Source: Eledone cirrhosa (taxonomy: Eukaryota). From it: a DNA stretch of 64,000 bases. The stretch covers positions 287,060,001 through 287,124,000 of the forward strand of contig OZ024743.1 of assembly GCA_964016885.1 (NCBI GenBank), given 5' to 3'. Below the pieces are notes generated by a model, which saw only the letters and a list, made by a program, of their open reading frames with translations, searched no databases and was not told the origin of the DNA. Made by a program: the position numbers and the translations under genes. Positions 49,323-61,172 of this stretch are shown here, piece by piece; the first letter of the stretch is position 1; every line of letters starts with the position of its first letter.

Positions 49323-51685
49323 TTATCTGGATGACCCTAAGCGATTTGTCCAAGTCCACATTGGCACATTCGGGAAATCCAATCGGTACCTGTCAGACAG
49401 TTCAAAACGCCTGAGCAGGTTGGTGAGGCTCTTGCACCCTCCACCCCTATCCGCTAATCCCACACAGTCCCAGCGTGAATCTAAGATCCCGTTCCAGTCG
49501 CCCACTAACACTAAAGAGCGGAACGTTCCAAGAAAGGTCTCCAGACGCCGGAAGAAATCAGGCCGCCCTGCTCCTGTCGGGGCATAGACGGCCACTAGCC
49601 TGAAAGCTTGCCCGTCTCCGCTGGTCACGTCCAGCACCACCAACTTACCCTCTGGGTCCAGGAAGATGGCCCGTATGGCGAGATCCAAACCTCTCCGAAA
49701 AAGCACAGCAACTCCACCCCCCGATCCAGGACGGCTGGGAGATGCGTACACATCGTAGCCGCCGAAGATCGGTGCCAAGGCCCGTGCTTCGGAGATTCTG
49801 GTCTCACTGATGGCCACTACATCTATGTTTAGTGACCTGAGGTCGTTGAGCAGGGGACCCTGCTTCCATGACGACCCCAAGCCACGCGCATTTATGCTGC
49901 CTATTCTGAGTGAGGTCATGTTTAAAATAGAGTGGAAAAGATGGGAAAGACCACTTACCGTACTTTTTGTAGAGGAAGGATGGTTTTTTCCATCCCTTTT
50001 CACTTGATCGTCTGGTGAAGGGACCGTTGAATCGTCCCTTCGGCTGGTCGTCGGCTCTTCTATGGGTATGTCCGAATATACTCTCCGGTTGAGAGTCCCT
50101 CCTAGGTCTCTGAAATCACCAACTGCGTTGGGGAATTTCGTTTTAATGTTTGTGTATTGTTTCTGTGCTATTTTTAGCAGTCTTATGTTAGTTGGCGTTT
50201 TGATTGGTGCTGGTATTATGTAGTCGTGCTGTGAAATGTCTGTGTGTTCAATTATGTAAGTCATTAGTTTCTTGTTGTGTGTATTTATTGCCGTGCATTT
50301 GTTTTTCTGGGGGTGGGGTGTGGTTCTACTATTTTCTTGTCGTTGTTGCTGGGTGTGTGTGTTTTGTTGTTGTGTTTGAGATGTTGGTGCTTGTGGTGTT
50401 GAAGGTGTTGTTGTTGTTGGCGGTGGGGTTGTCACCGGTGGTGATGGTGGTGCTAGTGTGGGTGGTGATGGTGTTGGTGGTGTTGCTGCTGTGAGTCTCT
50501 TTGCAGTATCCTTTACCCTTTTTTCATTTCTTTCCTCCCTTTTCGAAGGCGACGATGCGCTGCTTCTGCGTTTGTGCCTTCTTACGACCTTTTGCCATCC
50601 CTCTCCCACCTCACACTCCATGTTTGATTCTGTGAGGTCGGGGAGGGGTACCAGCTCCACTCTTTCACTTGTTGTTGTTGGTGATGTTTGCACTGGAGTC
50701 TCTGTTGCAGCTGCATTTGGTATTACTGTTGTTGTTGTTAATACTTCCACTGCTGCTGCTGTTCTTGATTTCCGTGGCGTGGGTATGGGTGCCACGGACC
50801 TATCGTTCCTGGTTGCCGCTTGTCCTGTTGCTGATAGCCGTGGAGCCGGTTTCGGAAGGAGGGGGGTTTTCTCCTTTCTCATGGTCTTCTCGTTGCAGAA
50901 GGCCCTGAGGTTAGTCTTCGACCCACAGCGAAAGCATTTCGGGCGTTTGCCCTCAACACTTATGGGCAGTTGAGTGCCGTTATCGAAGTCTATCACATCC
51001 GGGATAGCTTCGATGCACTCCTGGTTGGTTTGGATTAACATCTCAATGGAGGTGCCGACCCAATCTTCTCTTACTTTTTTCTGTACTTGCAGTACAGTTG
51101 TTTTGTCCTCGATTCCGACGAGGACAGACGCGGCCAGCCAAGAAGGGGCCATCCCGGGAGAGGGGGGGGTCAGTTTGACCCTCACAATTTTTTGCCCGCA
51201 GTAGGAGGGCACCAACACCATTTCCTTGCTCCTTGGGGTCACTAAGGATTGAGCCTTTGCCTCCTGGGGTGTGGCAAAAAGCACGTCTACGGTGGCATAT
51301 TTCTTGCCTCGGGTGATGTGCGTTTTCCGCTGCCACACAGACCCTAAGGCTTTTTGTATTTGAGCCTCTGTGGCTCTTTCAACCCTACGGGATTTTGTGC
51401 TTACTGTACGGTACGTGACCGTACAGTGCTGTTGGGTTTTGAAAAATGTTTCGGCTGCCTTGCAGATTGCTCGGTGTCCGGTTTTTGTCACCATCTTCTT
51501 CGCTTCCTCTAATTCGTCATTTGTTATGAGGATGGTTTCCAGGTTCTTTGCGATACCTGCAAACGAGATTGGTTTTTCTTTGCTGCTGCTGTTGTTGTTG
51601 TTGTTGTTGTCGTCAGAGCTGCTGTTATTTTTGTTGTTGCTGCAGGTACTACGACTACTGCCGCCGCCGCTGTTGCTGTGGTTGT

Positions 51686-51719
<34 letters not shown>

Positions 51720-52115
51720 AATGCTGTTGTTGTTTATGCTGCTGCTGATGTTGTTGCGGCTGCTACTGTTGTTTTCCTTGTCACTGTTGCTGCTGCTGCT
51801 GTTATTACGGCTGCTACTTCTATTATTCCTGACGTCAGACGAATGAAATGGGTTTTCGTATTTCCCGCACACCTTTTTCGTCGTCGTCGTGGAGAAATCT
51901 TGCACGCTTTGCACGTGATTTTTCTTTTCTGGCGTCGCTTGCGAAAGAGAAGGGGGGGGGGAGAGAGACACATTTAGAGAAGGGAGGGAGAGAGACAATC
52001 TTCTCTCTGCTGTAGTGACGATTGAGGAAGAAGAAGACGGAATGAGTGGGAGTGACCTATGAAAATTCTTTTTCGTAGCCTTGTTTTTTTTTTGTTTAAT
52101 ATAAATATTGGGCAC
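49323..52115 (-). CDS. Tx1-like ORF1 fused in frame to the APE endonuclease (930 aa from a GTG; true start uncertain)
   Basis: N/S low-complexity region, RRM-like region, degenerate CCHC knuckle, P/T-rich linker, then MTSLRIGSINARGL. Confidence 0.8.
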
Positions 52116-52297
52116 AAAACCCCAATAAGCGGTTATTTAACCCCGAAGGGCCAAATAACGGGCAGAAAGACCCCTCTCACGAGCAGGAGGGTGTTTTTGT
52201 CTACAATTTGGTTAAAGTTTTAAACAATTTACAATTGTTATAGCGGTCAAAATTTACAATACCTTACAGAGCCGAGCCTCCGTCAACCATAGCATTC

Positions 52298-52330
<33 letters not shown>

Positions 52331-53037
52331 GGGGAAGGTGGTGGTATCACTAGACAATATTAATAAACAATATTAATATTTAATTTTGGATCAGGAATGT
52401 TAGAGCCGAAAAGGAGGAAAATGGCAAAATGACTAAATAGCTAAATAGCTAAATGTTGCACAGTGGACAGAGAAGATAATTTCACCACCAACACCACCAC
52501 CACTACCACGCTAAAAACTCTGGTCAAGTTACCTCAACTTCTATTTCTACTTCAACTTCAACACCATCACTACAGTACTACGATCACATCACCACCACCA
52601 CTGCCTCATTATCGCTACCGCCGCTATTCTCTCCCACTACCTCCTGCTACATCGTAGTGTCCCCACTAAAAGAGGAAGGCATCAAAATATATAAATAGAC
52701 TGATTTGATGACCCGGTCAAAAAATAAAAAAAAAAAATAAAAATCAAAGCAGCACAGCAACAACGAAAAACGTAAAGAAAAGAAAAATGAAAAGAAAAAC
52801 AAACAGACGGACAGAGAAGGGAAGGGAAAAGCTAAGTCAGACATTCAAACATTACATTACAATGAAACTTATGCTTATTCTTTGGGGGGGGGGGGCTGTT
52901 TGTTTGTTTATTTATGTTCGTCTACAGCATAATAGTGCCACACAAGAATCACCGGGAGTGACGAAATCACCGGAGGTGATGAAATCACCGGTGGTTATGT
53001 AACCATACATTCACTAATCCTCGATAAGAGTGTTTAA

Positions 53038-54936
53038 ATGTCGAACCTAAAGAGTTCGAATAACGGTGAAGTGGAGACTAGAATGTCATGGGACAGACTC
53101 TCACCCAGCAGGTGTTCCCTGGTTCAGCAGCAGGGACCTGACTGTCAACCAAATACTGCTGGTGTCGGAGGAAGAAGAAGGAAAGGGACCAGAACCAACT
53201 GGACGAAAGAATTGAATAGAACTGTTATGCAATGTTACCTGAAGAGTAACCCCAAGGAGAAAGGCTATAGCAAACGGATGCATAACATCTGGAACGAGAT
53301 TGGTCTATTTAAATTAGATTAACAAAAATTGGCCGGGCAGGCTCGGGTAATAAGAACTAATGGGTGGATAAGCTAGCTGAAACTGGAGGAACTGAGCAGA
53401 GAGATTAGCTTGGAAATGAAGAGTGGAGTATGCCAGGCAAACGAGCCAGTGGGAAATGAAGGTGAAGAGGTTGAGAGAACGGAGGAACCATCCGAAGCAG
53501 ACAAAGATCTGAATGCTGAAATAAATAATTGTTTCTAATTTAGGCACAAGGCCAGCAATACCCAGTGCATTACTGGTACTTTATTTTATCGACCCCGTAA
53601 GGATGAAAGGCAAAGTCAACCTCGGCGGGATTTGAACTGAGATCGTAAAGGGACGTAACTATGCTGGAAAGCATGGCGTCCGACTCTCTACCGATACTGC
53701 CAATCCACCGATCCTGAAATTATATAATACCTGGAACAAAGATACGGCCATTGAGGAGATGAATGCTGACGGGCTAGGACAAGATTTGGTTGATATCCTA
53801 AACTTAGTGGTAGATGAATTGAACAATGATAGTGGGAAACCTATGAACCTAAGATTTGTAGACAGGAAAAAGTTAAAAGAAACAACAGCTAAGGTAAACA
53901 AAGTCATCCCATACCTTGAGGCGAGGAGCCTTCACCAGTGCAACAATATCCTCAAAGCAACAGAAAATACGGTGAGGAAATTACTTGGTATAAAAGCGAG
54001 AGGAAACAACAAACAAGAAAGATCAGAGCCTTGGTGGAAGAAACGACTGAATGGTCAAATCAGGGAAATGAGAAATGACATTGGAAAGCTTGAGTCCCTA
54101 CTGAATGGGACACTAAAAAAACATAGACACTAAAAATAGACTGGAAATAAAGTACAAAACTAGGAAGAAAAAGCTAAATATTATCATAGAGGAACTGAAG
54201 CAACGCATTGTAGCAAAGAGTGCAAAAATTAGGCGATACGAGAGCAGAGTCAGTCAGTATAGACAGAACCGCATGTTTGACAACAACCAGAAGATGCTGT
54301 TTGGACAGCTTGAAGGGAAAGAAAGAGGCAACGACTTGATCCCTGAGGCGGAACAAACTAAGACATTCTGGAAAGGAATATGGGAGCAGGATGTTAAACA
54401 TAATGACCAGGCAGTGTGGATTGAGACAGTGCAGAAGAAGATTAGTGAACAGGCACACCAACAAACTGATTTGAGTATCACAGTTGAAACTCTTAAGGGG
54501 CAGGCCAAAAAACTAACCAACTGGAAATCACCAGGCCCAGATGGTGTGCAGGGGTATTGGATTAAAAATATAACATCTCTCCACCCCAAACTGACAACCA
54601 TGTTCAATGACTGCTTGATGTTAGGTGAGGTACCAGTGTGGTTGACAAAGGGTACCACAGTTCTGATAATGAAAGACCGAATCAAGGGTAATGATGTTAC
54701 CAACTATAGACCTATCACATGCCTGTCCGTAATGTGGAAACTGTTGACAAGCATTATGTCTGAGGAAATCTACCATCACCTCCACACAAACAACTTGTTA
54801 CCGGACGAACAGAAAGGATGCCGAAAGAAGTCCCGTGGTACAAAGGACCAGTTACTTATTGATAAGATGGTAATGAGGAATTGCAAGAGGAGACACACTG
54901 GTCTTGCCATGGGATGGATAGACTACAAAAAGGCAT
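53038..54936 (+). mobile_element. 3'-truncated R4/Dong-clade retrotransposon, copy 2 (duplicate of 44097-45995)
   Basis: Essentially identical ORFs and the same SINE insertion. Confidence 0.87.
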
Positions 54937-55129
54937 TGTTTGATAATTATAAAAGTTTAAATTTTGGGCTCAAGGCCCCAATCTTTTTGGGTGTCCTTTT
55001 CAGATAACAATGTATGTGCACTTATATACAGTTAACAATAAAAAATTTCCATGAATGGCAATTTTAAACAACTGAAAATAACAAACCTTTGCGGAGCTCA
55101 CGATGATACGATTTACTACGTAGGTCGCC

Positions 55130-55192
<63 letters not shown>

Positions 55193-55194
<2 letters not shown>

Positions 55195-58100
55195 TTTCTT
55201 TATTGGCCACAAGGGCTGACATCAAGAAAAACATTACAGACGGCACAGGACGGTACAGGACGGTACGATGTGGGTTTTGTGCGTGTAAATATTTTTATTA
55301 TTTATATAAGAAAAGAAGAAAAAAAGGACATAGAAACATATATATATATAAACAATAAAAATGAAAATTGAAACAATGAAAAATTCCCCAATAGGAGGGA
55401 AACCTCCGAGGATTACTCGTGGCGAAAACCACACAAAAGACCACGGCCACCCTGACCACCAGGGCAAGCGCCCTCTCTCAATTTTTCCATTTCTCAAACT
55501 ACAGACGTATATTCAGAGTGGTCTCGTTCACTCGGACCATTCTCGCTACATTCATCCACCTTTCAACAAACTTGCTAGAAGGCAGCACTTGCCTCTCCAC
55601 CCTGATTTTCCTCTTCAAGTGAAACTTGAAAAAGTTAATTAGGGATTCGCCGAAGAGGAAAGTGTCTGTCTTTAACCCTTTTAACCTTGTCCACCACACA
55701 ATCTCTTTCGCTATGGCCACCAGGCAGATGAAAACCGCCTGCCCTTCCTCCTCGAAGGAAGACGGCGAGACCATCTGCACAATGGACTCAGTCGACAACC
55801 GGATCAGTCCTACACGCGACAGCAACTGTTCGACATAGCTCCACAAGTCAGCAATGCTCGGGCACTCAACGAGTGCGTGCACGACGGTTTCGTCGCTCTG
55901 CGCGCATCTCGGACAGGCTCGGCTGACGGCACTTCCGTGCCTGTAGAGCTTATTTCGAACCGGCAGCGCTCCCCGGTAGCACTGACAGGCCAGGGATTTT
56001 TGGAAGTTATCCATAGGCCCTGGGCTGAAAGTTCTCCGGAAGAGAGCAAACAGCTGATCTCCTTCGACGTCCAGGATCTCTCCGAGAATGTCGTCGCTCT
56101 TCCCCTCCACTAGTTCTCTATAGAACGCCGAGGTGGATGTTCCACCGATACTGGTGCCCAGCTGGCAGAGGGCAGTGAGCGCCTGGAGACATTCCAGTTT
56201 CCAAGCGCTATCCCTCGGTCTTTTTCTGACCCAGGACTGCAGCTCCGTCAAGGAGACGAGCTGTGGGAAAACGTTCCTGGCGAAAGGCGACCACACCTGT
56301 TCACCATCAAGGAAGCACCAGAGATGTCGCAGCCTCAGCGCATGTTTGCGCATCATCAGCCATGGCATGCCCAGTCCTCCGCGCAACGGGTGTTGACAGC
56401 AGATAGATCGCCTGACCATGGGAGCGCGTCCCTTCCACAAAAAGCGGAAGAGGAGGTGCTTCATTTTGGTGAGAGTTGGGCCGGAGCAAGGGTCGACGGT
56501 GAGGCGGTAGCAGATGACGGATGCGATGTACGCATTCGCCACCTCCGCCCGGCCTTTCAGGGACAGCTTCCTCTCGGCCCATTTCTGGGTGAGGGAGGCC
56601 ACCCTGCTCGTCACCTCGTTCCAGTTTTTCTCCATCTGGAGGTGCGGTCCGAACCAGACCCTGAGCAATTTAACCGGTCCGTCCGTCCAACGCCCCACGA
56701 CGCTGTCGGACGGCATTGACTTGCCTCTCCAGGTGCCGAGCTGCAAGCCCACCGACTTTTCCTGGTTTATCTTGGCTCCTGTCACCGCTTCGTATTCCCA
56801 GATGCTCGGTGCCGAGCATCTGGACGTGTCTGGTGCTCGACACCACCACGGTGACGTCGTCGGTGTAAGCTGACTCGGATTTCCCGCATCCTAGTTCGCG
56901 TGGGACGCCCCTCATCGCCCCCAGTTTGTGCAGTAACGGCTCGAGAGCCAATACGTACAAGAGGGATGAGAGGGGACAACCCTGGCGGACTAACCGCATG
57001 ATGCTGAACGGCTGCGACAGGTGACCGTTCACCCTCACAACTGAGCAGATGTCGCTGTACATCGCTGCGATCCAACCCCTGAAAACGGGCCCGAAACCCG
57101 CTGCCTCGAGGACCGCCGCCAGGTACCGATGGTCGAGCCGATCGAATGCTTTGGATTGATCCAAGTTGATCAGGGCCCCCACCCGTGCCAGGTTCCTTAA
57201 CCACCCTCTCTATGATGTATCGCATGAGGTGGAGGTTGTCGTGTATGGATCTGTCCGGAATGGCGCATATCTGCGCCTCTCCCACCAGACCCTTGACAAC
57301 AAGCGCCAACCTCGTTGATAACACCTTGAACTCTGCGTTTAGCAGGGTTATGGGCCTAAAATTATCGATAACATCCCCCTTGTTCGGGTCTTTTCTCAGC
57401 AGCGCCACTGCTCCCCGGCTCACAAAACTGGGAATGCTCCCGTTCTGCTGCCAGTTGCAGTAGACGTCTGCCAAGAGGTCACCGAACAAGTCTGGCATAA
57501 ATGCATAAAGCTCGTAGGGCAGACCATCCAAACCTGGCGATTTTCACCGGCTGTTATTGGTTTTTCGCAACACTGTGCTGCGGTCGTCGAGAGCCGAGGC
57601 AGTCCGTCGAGGTATGCACTGAAGTCCATGCCCCGATCCGGGCCGCCGCTGCTCCCGAACAGTTCAGCAAAGTGCTGTTGAAAAGCTTCACACATCCGCT
57701 CGGGTTCGAGCATCACGCACCCGTTTTGGTCAGACAAAGACCGAATTGTGGCTTTGTTGCCACGTCGCGCCTCTGCCACCCGGGCCCATTGGACGGCTTT
57801 TGTCCCCTCGTGTTTCAGAGCACACGCTCTAGCTCTGACAACGCAGCATTCGTGTTTTGCGTTGAAGAATTGGTCGAGTGCCAATCTCGCCGCAAGCACG
57901 TCGGTTGCGATGCCTGTCCTAAACGCCTCTTCTAGCTTTCTGACTAGCTCTCCCTCTACTCTATTTTCCTCTATCACTACTCTTTTGCTAAACCTAATCG
58001 ACTCTACTTTAATTGCCCTTTTCAGGGCGAACCACCATCTGTTGTTGACGACCGCTCCCGTCAACGCCCGCTTAACTAATACGCTAATCCGGTCTCTGTA

Positions 58101-58959
58101 GGCTTTGCGCGCCGGGAGAGACGCGTTCAGCTTCCAGTAACCGGGCCCTTGTCTATGAAGTCTGTCTATGTCGATCTCACAGATCACAATTTTGTAGCCT
58201 GTGTAGTCGACTATTTTAAATTGTGGACAACTTATACTTGACTTATCTGTTCTCTGCAGAATACCCTATCGAGATACGATCTGGATTACCCGATGCGGTT
58301 TGTCCATGTCCACATTGGCACATTCGGGTGATCCAGTCGATACCTGTCAGACAGTTCAAAACGTCTGAGCAGGTTGGTGAGGCTCTTGCACCGTCCTCCC
58401 CTATCCACTAGCCCCACACGATTCCAGCGTGCATCCAAGATACCGTTCCAGTCGCCCACTAACACTAAAGAGCGGAACGTTCCAAGAAAGGTCTCTAGAC
58501 ATCTGAAGAAATTTGGCCGTCCTGCCCCTGTTGAGGCGTAGACGGCTACTAGCCTGAAAGCATTGCTTTCGCTGCTGGTCACGTCCAGCACCACCGACTT
58601 ACCTTCTGGATCTAGGAAGATGGCCCGTATGGCAAGATCCAAGCCTCTCCGAAAAAGGACGGCAACCCCTCCCCCGATCCTGGACGGCTGGGAGATGCGT
58701 ATACATCGTAGCCGCCGAAGATTGGTGCGAAGGCCTGTGCTTCGGAGATTCTGGTCTCGCTGATGGCCACCACATCTATGTTTAGTGACCTGAGGTCGTT
58801 GAGCAGGTGTCCCTGCTTCCAAGATGACCCCTGGCCACGTGCATTTATACTGCCTATTCTGAGTACGGCCATGTTGGATGAGAAACGGGGCAAGTGAGAA
58901 AGGGTCACTTAACTTGATCGTGTGGTGAAGGGACAGTAGAACCGTCCCTTTGGCTGGTC
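55193..58959 (-). mobile_element. 5'-truncated, diverged Tx1-like LINE, copy 3 (sister subfamily, frameshifted)
   Basis: ORF2 fragments homologous to copies 1 and 2 with many substitutions; YTDD; (AAT)n on both flanks. Confidence 0.92.
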
Positions 58960-58995
<36 letters not shown>

Positions 58996-59083
58996 TTAAC
59001 GCAGCCAACTACAAGATAATCCCATAATTATTGTGTATTTTTCGTATAACTTCGGCGTGAACTATTTTCAATAAATTAATAAT

Positions 59084-59171
59084 TGTTTCTACATTTGGCA
59101 CAAGGCCACCAATTATCCAGTACATTACTGGTACTTTATTTTATCGACCCCGTAAGGATGAAAGGCAAAGT
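59084..59171 (-). mobile_element. 5'-truncated SINE with 15-bp TSD CAATAAATTAATAAT
   Basis: SINE core with a direct repeat on each side. Confidence 0.8.
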
Positions 59172-59615
59172 CAATAAATTAATAATATAGCGGTTTGGTG
59201 TCATCGTGGTTCATTTATATTCATTCATTTTCTGCGTGTTCTATTGAACACTTACTCACTTACCAGCACACAATAAAAAATTTGAGAAGCCCCGATGTCG
59301 AGTTTCCCCTTTCCCACCAGTTTTGTCTTACTTTTAAAATTGTATAACCCAAGGGAAATAACTCTGAAATATTATAAATTTGAAATGGCCAAGCTATATA
59401 TTTATGTCAATTTTATCAAGTATTAACTTTAAGGGCAGTAGATTGGCATAGTCACTAGATCGTCGGGCAAATACTCAGTTTCTGAGTTCAAATCACATTG
59501 AGGTCAACTTTGGTTTTCAATCCTTCTGATGTTGATAAAAGAAAGTACCAGTCACATATTGGAGTCGATATAAATTGTTGGCCTCGAGTCAAAATTGAAA
59601 TAATTATGTACGAGC

Positions 59616-59900
59616 TGTAGTAAGAGTTGCCTCCCTTGTTATGACGTCACATCAGCAGCAGCGCTTGTACAAATAAAACAGTCTAACTGCAGCGTTCGAA
59701 ATAACTAGACGTCAATAGCTTCGCTCTGGCTATTAACCACGTGATGGGATCCCCACCATGGGACCTTCACGTAATAATCACTTCAGTCCATTCTTTGGGA
59801 CATTAAACCACAGGTATGATTTAACATTTATGCACACACCACTCTATCAATAAAACATTTGTTACGTTGATAAGCTCTGTTGTTTTTTTACTCTGATACC
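59616..59900 (+). mobile_element. Probable solo LTR related to the 25331 family
   Basis: Starts TGTAGTAAGAGTTGCCTCCCTTGTT; AATAAA downstream; right end uncertain. Confidence 0.45.
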
Positions 59901-60552
59901 AATCAATAACTTTCAGTGAATTCAATGGAGTCATAACATATAAAAGATAGAAGATATTCCAATCGGACATTGAAAGCTATCCTTCCCTAACTGACCACAT
60001 ATCTTCTAAAGAGCTTTGATATAACTCAGCCATTTGTTGACAAATCTACTTGATCTTAGCATATTTTCCGTTTCTTTTCGTTTTGTAATTTCATAGAAAT
60101 TGAAAGAAGTCAACTATGCGCAGACATCTATGTTAATTTTCATGCCCCTCCGTGTGAACGTGCGTAACTAAATGGAACGGATCTCCATCGGTTCCAATGA
60201 TAAGTAGTTCAGTAGTTCGATCAATGGAACAGCTTACTTATAAATTACCGTAAGTGGCTGAGCATTCCATAGACGTGCATTATTAACGTAATTCCCATGG
60301 AGATTCAGCGTGACACAGTATGTGACAAAGGCAGCCTTTTGAATCACAGGTACCTGAGGGGCTTCCAAACAATTTCCGCCTACACAATTTCACTCATAAG
60401 GCATAGGTCGACTCGAGGCTATGATAAATGATACTTGTCCAAAATACCAGGCACGGGAATTGAACTTGGGACCAAAAGATTGTGAGGAAAACTTCTTAGC
60501 CATTCAAATATACTGCGTCCATAGACCACGTACTAATGCACATATATATTTA

Positions 60553-61172
60553 TTTAACGATTTGGGTATAAATAAGAAATTGTTAGATGGATTTAACAAT
60601 GGTTATTAGAGGTAATAATAAAGTTGTTAGATGAAATAACAAGAATAAATGATTTAGTTAATATATAAAGGTTTACTTCACTTGAGTCAAAAAGAACAAT
60701 AATCAAGTTACCAAGAGTTGCGAAGGTTGTTATTTTGTTATTGATATGAAAACAGCGAGCGACGAGATAAAGTTTGTTGCAGTCGTCATAGTAGTTTTCA
60801 TCATGAGTCTGAGACCATAGTGAGTGAGAGATAGTAATGGTCTGTAATTGATTGTAGACCACTGTGGCTTGTAGATAGTGGAATATCTTTCACATAGCGG
60901 GTCTGTAGTAGTAGGGCTCTGATCTCTATGTATCTCTGTAGACCTCTAGGGTCTGTTGATAGCGGTGAATCTTTACATAGTTTGTTGTATCGTAGAGCTC
61001 CGATCTATATGTTCAAGGTGGGAAAATATAGGCTTTATATACCTGTCGCTTTCTGCCTCCCACCTTTAGGGGATAGCCCACGCATGAACCTGTTCATACC
61101 AAAAGGGTGATGACCTAGAATTTGACCTTTAGGTGTCACCCAAGGTTCAAGGCGCGGACAGATTTCACTACA
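60553..61172 (-). mobile_element. Solo LTR of the 31077-33174 family
   Basis: Clear alignment to those LTRs; termini TTTAACG...CACTACA. Confidence 0.78.

Larger units (their letters stand above)
46237..52297 (-). mobile_element. Full-length Tx1/L1-like LINE, copy 2 (nearly intact)
   Basis: One reading frame from 52115 to 46500, broken only by TAA at 49323-49325; YADD intact; (AAT)n on both flanks. Confidence 0.94.
39490..55190. repeat. Tandem segmental duplication, period ~8.94 kb (39490-46236 vs ~48440-55190 near-identical)
   Basis: ORF offsets of 8941-8948 bp; shared stops and the shared SINE insertion. Confidence 0.92.
36473..59021 (+). mobile_element. Merlin (IS1595-like) DNA transposon derivative with ~22 kb inserted into its right TIR
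   Basis: 8-bp TSD CCATAATT (36465-36472, 59022-59029); left TIR GGTTATCTTGTAGTTG...; right TIR split between ~36850-36940 and ~58985-59021; remnant NHRYNFV..P, HTNRVEG, FRAMRGTSEALFGTHLQEF at ~36620-36830. Confidence 0.82.

Noticed and set aside
49323-49325. Programmed stop-codon read-through in the Tx1 frame
   Set aside because: The stop lies inside the APE domain, the sister copy has Ser at this codon, and the two copies sharing it are duplicates; a single nonsense mutation is simpler
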